Source: an uncultured Oscillospiraceae bacterium
GTDB lineage: Bacteria; Bacillota; Clostridia; Oscillospirales; Ruminococcaceae
Direction of reading: 5' to 3'
Assembly (NCBI GenBank): GCA_900543705.1
Contig: UQSL01000002.1
Span: 34,296 to 98,295 of the forward strand
DNA length: 64,000 bases
In this document: positions 19,435 to 28,618 of the stretch, one piece after another
Layout: each line of letters starts with the position of its first letter
How positions within the stretch are numbered: position 1 is the stretch's first letter
Translations under genes and position numbers: made by a program
The notes under the pieces: model-generated
Seen by the model: the letters and a program-made list of their open reading frames with translations, nothing else
Databases searched by the model: none
Told to the model about the DNA's origin: nothing

Positions 19435-19852
19435 AATCTCCCTGTACGTGGGAGAAGATGACACACAGTGAAAAACACCCGGCACGCCAGATTCAGCGTA
19501 CCGGGTGTTGCTGACATGGGGCGCACCCATTGCTGCTAGGACAACGCACGGATGGAGAGCTTTTTCGCCACGCCCGACAAAGAGATGATCTGCCGCATGC
19601 CGTATTCCCGCATGAAACGCCAGCGGACGCCGTATCAGATTTTCTCTGGATCGAAACCTACCATTACCGCCTGCGCCGCAATACGGCAAAAAGAGGGCAA
19701 TCTTCCATCGATGCTCGAACGTTCCGGCTTCCACGTTCATCCCGCTGCCGGCGGATCCTCTTTTCATGGGTGTACGGTTTTCTTGACTATTTCAGTATAG
19801 AAGAATGTAATCTCCAATCACATGGCCAAATCCTTGCGATTTGACAAGAAAT

Positions 19853-19879
19853 AAGCTGCTACCGACAGGCAGCAGCTTT
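19853..19879. terminator. hairpin terminator after the wHTH gene
   Basis: AAGCTGCT-accgacaggc-AGCAGCTT, T-rich on the minus strand. Confidence 0.45.
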
Positions 19880-19883
19880 CACG

Positions 19884-20378
19884 TCATATTTTATCATTAA
19901 ATTTATATCCAATCCCCCATATTGTTTGTATGTATTCCGGAGCATCCGGATTTGGCTCTATTTTCTTTCGCAGTTTTCGGATAAAGGACATAATATTGTT
20001 GTCATCCAGTAGATAATCGCTTTCCCAGACGGCCTGATAAATCTGTTCCTTTGTGAACACCTCGCCACGGTTACGGGCTAGAAAATACAGAATATCAAAT
20101 TCCTTTGGCGTAAGCATGATTTCCATATTATCACGGATAACCTTGCGGGATTTGGGATAGATGGCAAGTGTTCCACAGAGGATTGTGCCGGTTGCAGGAA
20201 CAGGAGATTCAGCACCAAGCTCCAACATAAGAGAGCTTGCCTTTCCACTCATTAAATCCCCAATACCTTCCAGCAGGTCCTTCGCTCCTGCTGTATCCGG
20301 TGCAGAGGTATGGAGCTTCTCATACAGCCATTTTGCAAGGGAGGAATCCAGATTGACAAAACCAATATTTTTTTTCAT
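19884..20378 (-). CDS. OmpR/PhoB-type winged-helix DNA-binding protein without a receiver domain
   Basis: The C-terminal 95 aa (LTPKEFDILYFLARNRGEVFTKEQIY...TIWGIGYKF) form a Trans_reg_C domain. The N-terminal ~70 aa are not REC-like. RBS sits right after the mgtA stop (17-nt gap). Confidence 0.8.
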   Translation of the reverse strand: MKKNIGFVNLDSSLAKWLYEKLHTSAPDTAGAKDLLEGIGDLMSGKASSLMLELGAESPVPATGTILCGTLAIYPKSRKVIRDNMEIMLTPKEFDILYFLARNRGEVFTKEQIYQAVWESDYLLDDNNIMSFIRKLRKKIEPNPDAPEYIQTIWGIGYKFNDKI

Positions 20379-20395
20379 AATAGATTCCCCCTTTC

Positions 20396-23050
20396 TCAGA
20401 ATAGCTCATGATATTTTTTCACATACCAGCCTTTCGCTATTGTAACCAACAGTAAGTAAAATACTACCACAGCTATTAGGAAGCCAAAATAGGTTGGCGG
20501 CAATGCTATCAGTCCAATTAAGCCTCCAATCGGTGTAAGTGTCAGAACGGTAAAAATTAAAATTCCCAACGTTGTGACAAACATAACTGGAAAGGACGGC
20601 TTGCTCTGGAACAGCGGCACTTTTCTAGTACGGAGCAGATGCAAAATCAACACCTGCGTCCACATAGATTCCAGGAACCACCCGGTCTGGAACATGGCAA
20701 TGAACTTTGCCTGTTCACCTGTCCCGGCAAGAGAAGCAAAACTCCCACCGCAGATAGAAGGACAAAGGACAAAAAACAGAAAGACAAAAGTCAAAATGTC
20801 AAAGATGGAGCTGATTGGCCCGAAGAACCGCATAAAACGTCCCAGCGTTCGGCCAGACCATTCCAGCGGCCGCGAGCAGGTATCCTCGTCCACGTTATCC
20901 CACGGAAGGACAAGGCACAGTGTATCATAGAGCAGATTCAGTAAAAGCAGCTGAACCGATGTGATTGGTAAAAATGGCAGAAACACACTGGCAATAACAA
21001 TGGCAAAAATATTTCCAAAATTTGAGGACGCCGTAATTCTGATGTATTTGGACATATTGGAAAAAGCTTTGCGCCCTTCCAGAATACCTTCTTCCAGTAC
21101 ATTCAAATCTTTTTTCAGTAGAATTACATCTGCATTCTCCTTGACAGCTTCCGCCGCTGTATCGACTGAGATTCCCACATCTGCTTCTACAATAGCGGGG
21201 AGGTCGTTCATTCCATCCCCTAAAAAGCCGACAGTATGACCGTTGTCCTTCAGTGTTTTCAGAATCCGTACCTTTTGTTTAGGAGAAAGCTCTGCAAAAA
21301 CAGTGGCTCGCTCGATTCGAATTGGTGCTTCATTGTCAATCAGGTTTTCCAGCTCTGCTCCAGTCAGAATCTCTGTTGTATCAATCCCCAGCCGGCGACA
21401 GATTGAAGCAGCAACGCTTTTCTGATCCCCGGTTAACACTTTTACCCCAACATGGAGCGATTGCAATTTTCCGATGGCACTTGCAGCGCTTTTCTTTGGG
21501 GCATCGAAGAATGCCAGATAACCCAATAGAATAAAATCCTGCTCATCATCAACACTTAAACTTTCCTGTTTCAGCTTTTTATAGGCGATTGCCAAAACCT
21601 TCATGCCGTCCTCAAACATTTCGTCCACAACGGCGTGAACAATGGAGAGTCCATCAGCCTCTATTGCACTACACTTGCCGTGATATTCAATATGGCTACA
21701 GCGTCTGCACACTTCGTCAATGCTACCCTTGATAATAAGCAGATTTTCCCCGCCGTCTTTCACAAGTACACTGGCAAATTTCCGTTCGTAGTCAAAGGGC
21801 AACTCATCCAGCTTAGGATGCTCTTTCGCAAACATTTCAAAATGCTCACTTCGCCCTGGCATTTCTCTACATTTTAGGATTCCGGTATCCAGATGGTTTT
21901 TGACTCCTGTATGATAGAGACTGTTCAGATAGGCAAAATCCAGGACTTTTTCACTTTCGTTTCCGAGAATATCCATATAATATTCCAGAAGAACAGTATC
22001 ACCTGTCAAGGTGCCGGTTTTATCCACACACAGAATATCCATGCTGCCAAAGCCCTGCATCGCATTGATATTCTTTACCACAGTTTGCTTTTGGCTCATG
22101 GTAGTACTGCCTTTTACAAGGCAGGCGTTAATGACCATTGGCAGCATTTCCGGGGTCAGGCCAACGGCAACGGACAATGAAAACAGGAAAGCCAAGAACC
22201 AGTCTCCCTTGGTAAGACCACAGGCAATAAAAATAATGGGAACAAGAATCGCCATAAAACGAATCAGCACCCATGCAATGGAGTTTGCACCCTGATCGAA
22301 TCCATTTTTATGGTTCCTTTCTGTTTCAACAAATCCACCATAAACGGTATCATGGCCGACTGCCAGCACCACCCCTTCGGCTGTACCGCCAATCACGGTA
22401 GAACCCATGAAGGCAATATTACTATATTCCGCGTACGAATATGACTGCTTCGCTGAGATAAATTCCGCATTTTTTTCCAGAACAGCACTTTCCCCGGTTA
22501 TGACCGATTGAGAAACAAAGAGGTCAGTTGTAGCAGTCAGGCGAATATCTGCCGGAACACAGTCTCCGGCAAACAGTCGAACCGTATCGCCGACTACAAG
22601 CTCGGAAGAAGGAATGCCGAACCATTTGCCGTTTCGATGTACTGACACATTAGAATTAACCAGTCTTGTCAAATGTTCAGAAATATGCTTGGAACGCATT
22701 TCCTGTATGAACCGCACAATACCGCTAATGAGCAACATACATAAAATGATCATTACGGTAGTACCATTGCGACTGAAATTGGAAGCAAGCAGAACATCTG
22801 TTACAAAAGAAATACTTGCCAGCACAAATAAGATAATGGTAAACGGATTGATAAAAGCCCTCCGCAGACGTAAGAAGATGGTATCTGTCGTGCGACCGAT
22901 TAAAATATTACTACCGTATCGTTCACGGCTTTTTTGAACCTGTTCTTCGTTATATCCATTCCCGGAAATTTGAAAGTCCTGATACAGCGCATCGGCTTGT
23001 GTATGGGCATAGTGATGAACCCGTTCGTGAATGGAATCGCCACCTTTCAT
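20396..23050 (-). CDS. mgtA: magnesium-translocating P-type ATPase
   Basis: DKTGTLT phosphorylation site, TGD and GDGMNDLPA motifs; overall MgtA/MgtB architecture. Start set at the ATG preceded by GGAGG (the track start is an upstream TTG). Confidence 0.9.
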   Translation of the reverse strand: MKGGDSIHERVHHYAHTQADALYQDFQISGNGYNEEQVQKSRERYGSNILIGRTTDTIFLRLRRAFINPFTIILFVLASISFVTDVLLASNFSRNGTTVMIILCMLLISGIVRFIQEMRSKHISEHLTRLVNSNVSVHRNGKWFGIPSSELVVGDTVRLFAGDCVPADIRLTATTDLFVSQSVITGESAVLEKNAEFISAKQSYSYAEYSNIAFMGSTVIGGTAEGVVLAVGHDTVYGGFVETERNHKNGFDQGANSIAWVLIRFMAILVPIIFIACGLTKGDWFLAFLFSLSVAVGLTPEMLPMVINACLVKGSTTMSQKQTVVKNINAMQGFGSMDILCVDKTGTLTGDTVLLEYYMDILGNESEKVLDFAYLNSLYHTGVKNHLDTGILKCREMPGRSEHFEMFAKEHPKLDELPFDYERKFASVLVKDGGENLLIIKGSIDEVCRRCSHIEYHGKCSAIEADGLSIVHAVVDEMFEDGMKVLAIAYKKLKQESLSVDDEQDFILLGYLAFFDAPKKSAASAIGKLQSLHVGVKVLTGDQKSVAASICRRLGIDTTEILTGAELENLIDNEAPIRIERATVFAELSPKQKVRILKTLKDNGHTVGFLGDGMNDLPAIVEADVGISVDTAAEAVKENADVILLKKDLNVLEEGILEGRKAFSNMSKYIRITASSNFGNIFAIVIASVFLPFLPITSVQLLLLNLLYDTLCLVLPWDNVDEDTCSRPLEWSGRTLGRFMRFFGPISSIFDILTFVFLFFVLCPSICGGSFASLAGTGEQAKFIAMFQTGWFLESMWTQVLILHLLRTRKVPLFQSKPSFPVMFVTTLGILIFTVLTLTPIGGLIGLIALPPTYFGFLIAVVVFYLLLVTIAKGWYVKKYHELF

Positions 23051-23077
23051 CCTTCTCGCCTCCAAACAGTTTTCTAT

Positions 23078-23088
23078 ATCATACCACA
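23078..23088 (-). promoter_or_regulatory. extended -10 element (TGTGGTATGAT) about 30 nt upstream of mgtA
   Basis: TRTG-type extended -10 on the minus strand. No clear -35. Confidence 0.35.
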
Positions 23089-23109
23089 GAAAGGAACAGG
23101 TTGCTTCAT

Positions 23110-23690
23110 TGAAATCTTGCTTTTTTCTTGATTAAGATTGCAAGCAATGGAAAGGAATAACCTTTCCGCTTGTTGGGGCGTTCCCCATGCCCCCGGCTGG
23201 GCGGCGTAGCTGAAATGAACCCAAAAAGTTGGATTAAGCAGCAAATCCAGACCTGTTCTCCGTAAAGCCGATGCCGCAGGCGGTCTAACTTCCGGTGGTT
23301 CTGCCGCCGGATCGATAGATGGATCAATATGATTCTTATTAGTATGGATTGTGTCCGTTTTTCGGAAGTCAAGACTTCCGCCTTCCGGGTGAAGTTCTTG
23401 ACATAGAGTTTTGTGGGGCGATCCTGACCCTGCTTCTAGTGTTCGATCGCCCACCTTGTCCAGCTCGGGAAAGAGCGCCACGGCTTGTGGCCGCAGCACA
23501 TCCTTCATCGCTTCCTCCAGGGTGAAGGTAATAAATACCCGGTTCTGCTCGTCCAGCCAGCCCTTGCGTGCGGAAAGCCCATGCGGTCTAACATCAGACC
23601 GTTCAAGATTTTGGCGTCTGCTTTGTCTAACGGAAACCGGGATCGGTGAACAACATCTTGGGAATCCGGTAAAAGGTATCATGTTTTTAC
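23110..23690 (-). pseudogene. remnant of an ICE/plasmid RepA_N-type replication initiator gene (multiple frameshifts, internal stop)
   Basis: Pieces are spread over three frames: TFYRIPKMLFTDPGFR / LDKADAKILNGLMLDRMG / LSARKGWLDEQNRVFITFTLEEAMKDVL / KQGQDRPTKLYVKNFT / LDFRKTDTIHTNKNHIDP. The order and motifs match my recollection of RepA_N proteins. Confidence 0.55.
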
Positions 23691-23901
23691 CCACTTTCCC
23701 GGGACGGCTGCCCGGAATAGGCGCGTTCAACTTCTTTTGATCCTTTTTTGTAAATAAATCATTGGCCCTTGCAAAAAGGTAGGAATTTCCCACGGTATTT
23801 GCCTACAGAAATTCGGCACGAGGGATGGTTTCACTCTTTTCTTTTTGTTTCTTTTCGCAGCGGAACGAAAGACCTGCTGTCAGCGGCCTAGGTAAGAGGA
23901 A

Positions 23902-25089
23902 TTACAGGATCTTATCCTCATCGGATTCCATACAGGAACGGTAGATGGCCAGCACATCCTCCTTATTCAAAGGGACATATGCGTTGGAAAGCCGGTCATT
24001 TGCGGCCTTTTCTGCCATCTCCTCTAGATGCTCCCCGGTCACACCAAGTTCCGAGAGGGTGCCCGGCAGGCCAAGCGAAAGGAAGAAATCCCGGGTCATG
24101 GCGATGGCGGTCTCCGCAAGTTCCACATCCGGCAGGTCAGGATCGATGTCAAGGACATTCCTGCCATAGTCGGCGAATTTTCCGACGGTATCTGGGCTGA
24201 TGATGTATTCCATCCAGGCCGGAGTCAACACAGCGAGCCCTGCACCATGGGTGATGTCATGGTAAGCGCTTAAGGGGTGCTCCATCGGGTGGCAGCTCCA
24301 GTTGCCGCCTTTGCCGGAACCAAGCAGGCCGTTTAATGCCAGGGAAGAGGCCCACATCAGGTTGGCACGCGCTTCATAGTTGTCCGGTTCTTCCACCGCA
24401 ATGGGGCCGTACTCAAAGCAGGTCTTGAGCAGTCCCTCTGCCATGTGATCCTGCACTGCTGCGTGTTCTATGTAGCTGAAATATCCCTCAAAGATATGGC
24501 TCATAATGTCCGCGACACCGCTTGCCGTCTGGAAAGCGGGTACGGTATAGGTAAATGTTGGATCAAGTACCGAGCAGACCGGGCGCAGCAGCTCGGATTT
24601 GATAGCCTTTTTGTCCTTTGTCTGCGGGTTGGAGATAACCCCGTTGCCGTTCATCTCCGAGCCAGTGGCGGCAATCGTGAGAACCGTATAGAGTGGAAGC
24701 GTCTGTTTCACCTTCCCGTTGTCGAGCACCAGATCCCAGGGATCTCCGTCGTAGAAGACGCCCGCACACACGGCCTTGCAGCAGTCGATGACGCTTCCGC
24801 CTCCGACTGCAAGCACTGCGTCCACGTGATGGGTGCAGCACAACCGGATGCCTTCGCATACCGAACTGAGCTTTGGGTTCGGCTCAATGCCGGACAGCTC
24901 GATATAGGAAATGCCCTGTTTGTGGAGCAGTTCGGTTACCTGCACATAAATACCGTTTGTCTTTACGGAGTTCCCGCCATATGCCAAGAGCACGGTTTTA
25001 ACACGATCCGGAAAATACTCGGTTAGCCTGGAAAGGGCTCCTGCTCCAAACAAAATCCGGGTGGGTGCATAAAAGTTGAAATTTTCCAT
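23902..25089 (-). CDS. iron-containing alcohol dehydrogenase (BdhA/YqhD-like)
   Basis: Start moved to MENFNFYAPTRILFGAG (GGAGG RBS). GGGSVIDCCK and metal-binding His motifs (HPMEH, HGAGLA). Confidence 0.85.
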   Translation of the reverse strand: MENFNFYAPTRILFGAGALSRLTEYFPDRVKTVLLAYGGNSVKTNGIYVQVTELLHKQGISYIELSGIEPNPKLSSVCEGIRLCCTHHVDAVLAVGGGSVIDCCKAVCAGVFYDGDPWDLVLDNGKVKQTLPLYTVLTIAATGSEMNGNGVISNPQTKDKKAIKSELLRPVCSVLDPTFTYTVPAFQTASGVADIMSHIFEGYFSYIEHAAVQDHMAEGLLKTCFEYGPIAVEEPDNYEARANLMWASSLALNGLLGSGKGGNWSCHPMEHPLSAYHDITHGAGLAVLTPAWMEYIISPDTVGKFADYGRNVLDIDPDLPDVELAETAIAMTRDFFLSLGLPGTLSELGVTGEHLEEMAEKAANDRLSNAYVPLNKEDVLAIYRSCMESDEDKIL

Positions 25090-25253
25090 CTGGGCGCCTC
25101 CATTTTTCATTCTTCTTCCATTTAACCGCAAATACAGGGCGGATTCAATAGAAAATTTGTGAATATGCTGCAAGATACGAATCCTGATTTGCCTCAGAGC
25201 GGGTTTTGTAGTAAAATAAAAAAATTATATAGAACATTTGGGGGAGAAAAAAA

Positions 25254-25976
25254 TTGGGACAGCCTGTGTACAGACAATTATATGAAACATTAAAACAGGA
25301 TATCCTGGAGGAAAAATATAAAATTGGGGAAATGCTTCCGCCGGAAGGGCAGCTTGAACAGCTTTTTTCGGTCAGCCGGATTACGATTCGGCGCGCGGTT
25401 TCCATGCTTGCACAGGAAGGCTTTGTCGAGGTCAAACAGGGTAGGGGGACAATGGTGCTCGATTTCAAGGCAAAGCAGGATTTAAAGCAGGTGACCTCCG
25501 TAACGGAGACACTACGTAAAAAGGGGTATACGGTTAGCGTCGGAAGCATGTATATTGACTTTATGGAGGCACCGCAGTATGTCGCTCAGGCGCTGATGCT
25601 TGACAAGGACAAACGAGTCGCACGGGTCCAGCGCATCCAAAACGCAAACGGCTCGCCGATTGCCATCATGGTAAACTATATCCCGGCGACAATTGTGCCG
25701 GGCTTTGAGGAATATACCAACCAGTTTTGTGGGCTCTATCAGTTTCTGGAAGAACGGTACCACCTTGTGATTGAAGAGGTGCACGATAAAATCTTTGCAA
25801 AAAATGCGGATTTCACTGAGGCTCAGATGCTGGGCGTGCCGGTCGGGGAGGCGCTGCTCTGCTTTTATCGCACTTGTTACCAGAGTGGCAGGCCTGTCTG
25901 TTTTGACGACGCCAAGCTCATTGGGAAAAAATATGAGGTGGAAAACCGTGTAAGCGGCAGGATGCGGGTATACTAA
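25254..25976 (+). CDS. GntR-family (HutC subfamily, UTRA domain) transcriptional regulator
   Basis: PPEGQLEQLFSVSRITIRRAVSMLAQEGFVEVKQGRGTMV HTH plus a C-terminal UTRA-like domain. TTG start. Confidence 0.85.
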   Translation: MGQPVYRQLYETLKQDILEEKYKIGEMLPPEGQLEQLFSVSRITIRRAVSMLAQEGFVEVKQGRGTMVLDFKAKQDLKQVTSVTETLRKKGYTVSVGSMYIDFMEAPQYVAQALMLDKDKRVARVQRIQNANGSPIAIMVNYIPATIVPGFEEYTNQFCGLYQFLEERYHLVIEEVHDKIFAKNADFTEAQMLGVPVGEALLCFYRTCYQSGRPVCFDDAKLIGKKYEVENRVSGRMRVY

Positions 25977-26002
25977 TCGGACCAAGAGTCAGGAGGAAAG
26001 CA

Positions 26003-26692
26003 ATGGAGGACAGAAGTTTTTTATGTGAACTTGCCGCACATCTGGATTTCAGCTGTGTTCAGGCGCAAAACACCAAGGCTGATATCGACGAGATGATTGA
26101 CGCGGCGAAGGCCTATCGCCCTGCGGCAGTCTTCACTCTGCCCTGCTATACCCCTTATCTTGCAGCGCGCCTGAAAGGATCAGCTGCAAAAACCGTCCGG
26201 CTCGGTGGAGTAGTGGGCTTTCCCTCTGGCGCTCAGAGTATGGAAGCGAAATGCTTTGAGGCAAAGGAACTGCTGGCCCTAGGCTGCCGAGAGCTTGACA
26301 TGGTCATGGCCATCGGAAAGCTTAAAGACGGAGACGCCGATTATGTCCGGGAGGATATCCGCAGGATTGTAGAACTTGCTGGGACTGTTCCGGTCAAGGT
26401 CATTGTGGAAGCAGGCTATCTGACCGATGAAGAGCTTACCCTTGCTTGCCGGACGGCGGTACAGGCGAACGCGGGCTTTGTTAAGACAGGAACGGGTTGG
26501 TCGGGCATCCCCTCCACGGTCGAGATGGTGCAAAAGATGAAGCAGGCGGTGGGTAACGCCGCCAAAGTCAAAGCCGCAGGCGGCGTGCGCACGCTTGACA
26601 CCGTTTTGCGGATGTATGAAGCGGGCTGTGAGCGGTTTGGCATCGGCACAAAATCCGCTGTCCGGATTTTGAAAGAAGCGGAGAAATATTAA
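26003..26692 (+). CDS. deoC: deoxyribose-phosphate aldolase family protein
   Basis: LDMVMAIG, VKVIVE and FVKTGTGW (Schiff-base Lys) motifs. Confidence 0.8.
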   Translation: MEDRSFLCELAAHLDFSCVQAQNTKADIDEMIDAAKAYRPAAVFTLPCYTPYLAARLKGSAAKTVRLGGVVGFPSGAQSMEAKCFEAKELLALGCRELDMVMAIGKLKDGDADYVREDIRRIVELAGTVPVKVIVEAGYLTDEELTLACRTAVQANAGFVKTGTGWSGIPSTVEMVQKMKQAVGNAAKVKAAGGVRTLDTVLRMYEAGCERFGIGTKSAVRILKEAEKY

Positions 26693-26778
26693 AAAAGTAA
26701 ATATTGGGTCTTTATCAGGAGTGCCGCCAGAAAAGGAGAAATGGAACATGCTTGACCGGATGATTCTCATTATGCGCT

Positions 26779-27075
26779 GTGACCATGCCGATGAGAGAGT
26801 TTCCTCTCCCGCAGGGGTATTTTATCCGATATTATCAGCCCGGAGAGGAAGATGACTGGGCTGCAATGGAATGGAAAATCGGGGATTTTTCCAGCCCCGT
26901 CTCAGCGAAAACGTATTTTCTGGATAAGTACGGCTCTGAGCAGGAGAACCTGGAAAGGCGGTGGTATGGGGAATCCCCGGTGTACCTACACATACAGCCT
27001 TGGAGCTACCGAGCAGTCGGCCTATATAGCTCCTATGGGTTTCGCCTGGCAAAACAGGATAGTTTTGCAGGATAG
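26779..27075 (+). pseudogene. GNAT-family gene with its acetyl-CoA-binding core apparently deleted
   Basis: N-terminal GYFIRYYQPGEEDDWAAMEWKIGDF and C-terminal VYLHIQPWSYRAVGLYSSYGF are joined directly. Total is 98 aa versus about 250 expected for this GNAT subgroup. Confidence 0.4.
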
Positions 27076-27254
27076 GAATACCAGTTGAGCAGGCCGTCCT
27101 CCTTAAGAGTACATTCCAATAGACGCTTTCCAAAAGCTTTTGTCAATGCGGAATCGTGACTGTTTTTCGGGAATTTTACTGTATCGATTTTTGCAGTTCC
27201 TCCTGGCAGGTATCATCGTAAGACCAGGAGGGTAAAATTTATAAGAACAAATGT

Positions 27255-27283
27255 TTGCAATTCTACACGGTTTGTGGTATGAT
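27255..27283 (+). promoter_or_regulatory. promoter of the radical-SAM operon
   Basis: TTGCAA, 17 nt, TATGAT preceded by TGTGG (extended -10). Confidence 0.5.
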
Positions 27284-27312
27284 AGAGAAAACAGAGGAAA
27301 CGAGGGTAAAAG

Positions 27313-28608
27313 ATGCTGCGGACTTTGGAAAAACTTCAGATATTGTCAGATGCGGCAAAGTATGATGTCTCCTGTTCCTCCAGCGGGAACCGGCGCGGAG
27401 GAGCAGCAGGCAAGCTCGGCAGTGCGCTTCCCGCAGGCTGCTGTCACACCTGGACAGAGGACGGTCGCTGCGTTTCCCTGCTCAAGGTGCTGATGAGCAA
27501 CGCGTGCAGCTACGACTGCGTTTACTGCGTCAACCGCTGTTCGAACGACGTACCGCGCGCGGCGTTTTCCCCTAGGGAGCTTGCAGATCTGACCATCGAG
27601 TTTTATCGCCGCAACTACATCGAGGGGCTGTTTCTCAGTTCCGCAGTGGTCAAAAGTCCGGACTATACCATGGAGCGGATGATTCAGGTGCTGAAAATCC
27701 TGCGGCTCGAATACGGTTTTCGTGGGTATATCCATGCGAAAATCATCCCGTCGAGCGCGCCGGAGCTGCTGGAGGAAATCGGCTGCCTGGCAGACCGAAT
27801 CAGCGTGAACATGGAGTTTGCGACGCCCCGCTCCCTCGCCCTGCTGGCAGGGGACAAAACCCATCAAGAGATTTTGAAGCCCATCTCCTATATCCGGCAG
27901 CGCAGTGTGCAGAGCGGGCGGGAGCTCGTCCGCTACCGGCACGCAAAGGCGTTCGCTCCTGCAGGACAGACGACGCAGGTGATTATCGGCGCAACGCCGG
28001 AGCGCGATGAGCTGCTACTGCGCATGAGCGAGGGGATGTACAAAAAGTTTGGGTTAAAGCGGGTGTATTACTCCGCCTATATCCCGATTATCGCCGATTC
28101 CAAGCTTCCCGCGGTCACGACGATGCCCCCTCTTCGGCGGGAACACCGGCTGTATCAGGCAGACTGGCTGCTGCGCTTTTACGGATTTGAAAGCCACGAA
28201 ATCCTGGACGAGGGACACCCGGACCTCGACTTGGAGGTAGACCCGAAAATCAGCTATGCGCTGCGCCATCCGGAGCTTTATCCAGTAGAGATAAACCGGG
28301 CGGATTACCAGATGCTCCTGCGGGTCCCGGGCATCGGGGTGACAAGTGCAAAACGCATTGTGGAGGCGAGGCGGTACGCCTCCCTGGATGAGCTTGCGCT
28401 CAGGAGAATCGGGATCGTGTTCAAACGTGCGAAGTACTTTATCACAGTCAAGGGAAAGTTTTTTGGGGAGTGTACGCCGGACAATCCCTACCTGCGGGAG
28501 GTTTTGCGAGACCGGGAGAATTTCTCCCAAATATCACTGTACGACATGCCCATGTTCTCCGGATTTTCCCAAAAAAGTCCGGAGTCGGTCCGGGCGCTGT
28601 TGCGATAG
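27313..28608 (+). CDS. putative DNA modification/repair radical SAM protein (TIGR03916-like)
   Basis: N-terminus LSDAAKYDVSCSSSG and CxxxCxxC cluster CSYDCVYCVN. C-terminal HhH-like LLRVPGIGVTSAKRIV. Confidence 0.85.
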   Translation: MLRTLEKLQILSDAAKYDVSCSSSGNRRGGAAGKLGSALPAGCCHTWTEDGRCVSLLKVLMSNACSYDCVYCVNRCSNDVPRAAFSPRELADLTIEFYRRNYIEGLFLSSAVVKSPDYTMERMIQVLKILRLEYGFRGYIHAKIIPSSAPELLEEIGCLADRISVNMEFATPRSLALLAGDKTHQEILKPISYIRQRSVQSGRELVRYRHAKAFAPAGQTTQVIIGATPERDELLLRMSEGMYKKFGLKRVYYSAYIPIIADSKLPAVTTMPPLRREHRLYQADWLLRFYGFESHEILDEGHPDLDLEVDPKISYALRHPELYPVEINRADYQMLLRVPGIGVTSAKRIVEARRYASLDELALRRIGIVFKRAKYFITVKGKFFGECTPDNPYLREVLRDRENFSQISLYDMPMFSGFSQKSPESVRALLR

Positions 28609-28618
28609 GAGGATACCG

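Noticed and set aside
19336-19844. Track ORFs 19336-19767 (-) and 19530-19844 (+)
   Set aside because: They overlap each other, and one overlaps the PBP1A 3' end. Neither has an RBS or a recognisable domain.
23051-23400. Possible M-box (Mg2+) riboswitch or long leader upstream of mgtA
   Set aside because: I could not find the conserved M-box elements (GUUAGGUGAGGC, GCUAAAGCUC and others). Most of this stretch translates as pieces of a decayed RepA_N gene, and an extended -10 box sits only ~30 nt from the start codon.
23074-23793. 239-aa minus-strand ORF from the track
   Set aside because: It is a composite of out-of-frame RepA_N remnants plus read-through into non-homologous sequence. It has no RBS and mixes frames of the ancestral gene.
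25090-25253. Possible Rex box (TTGTGAAtatgCTGCAA) upstream of the Fe-ADH gene
   Set aside because: Only the first half-site matches. The second half has 2 of 6 matches to TTCACA.
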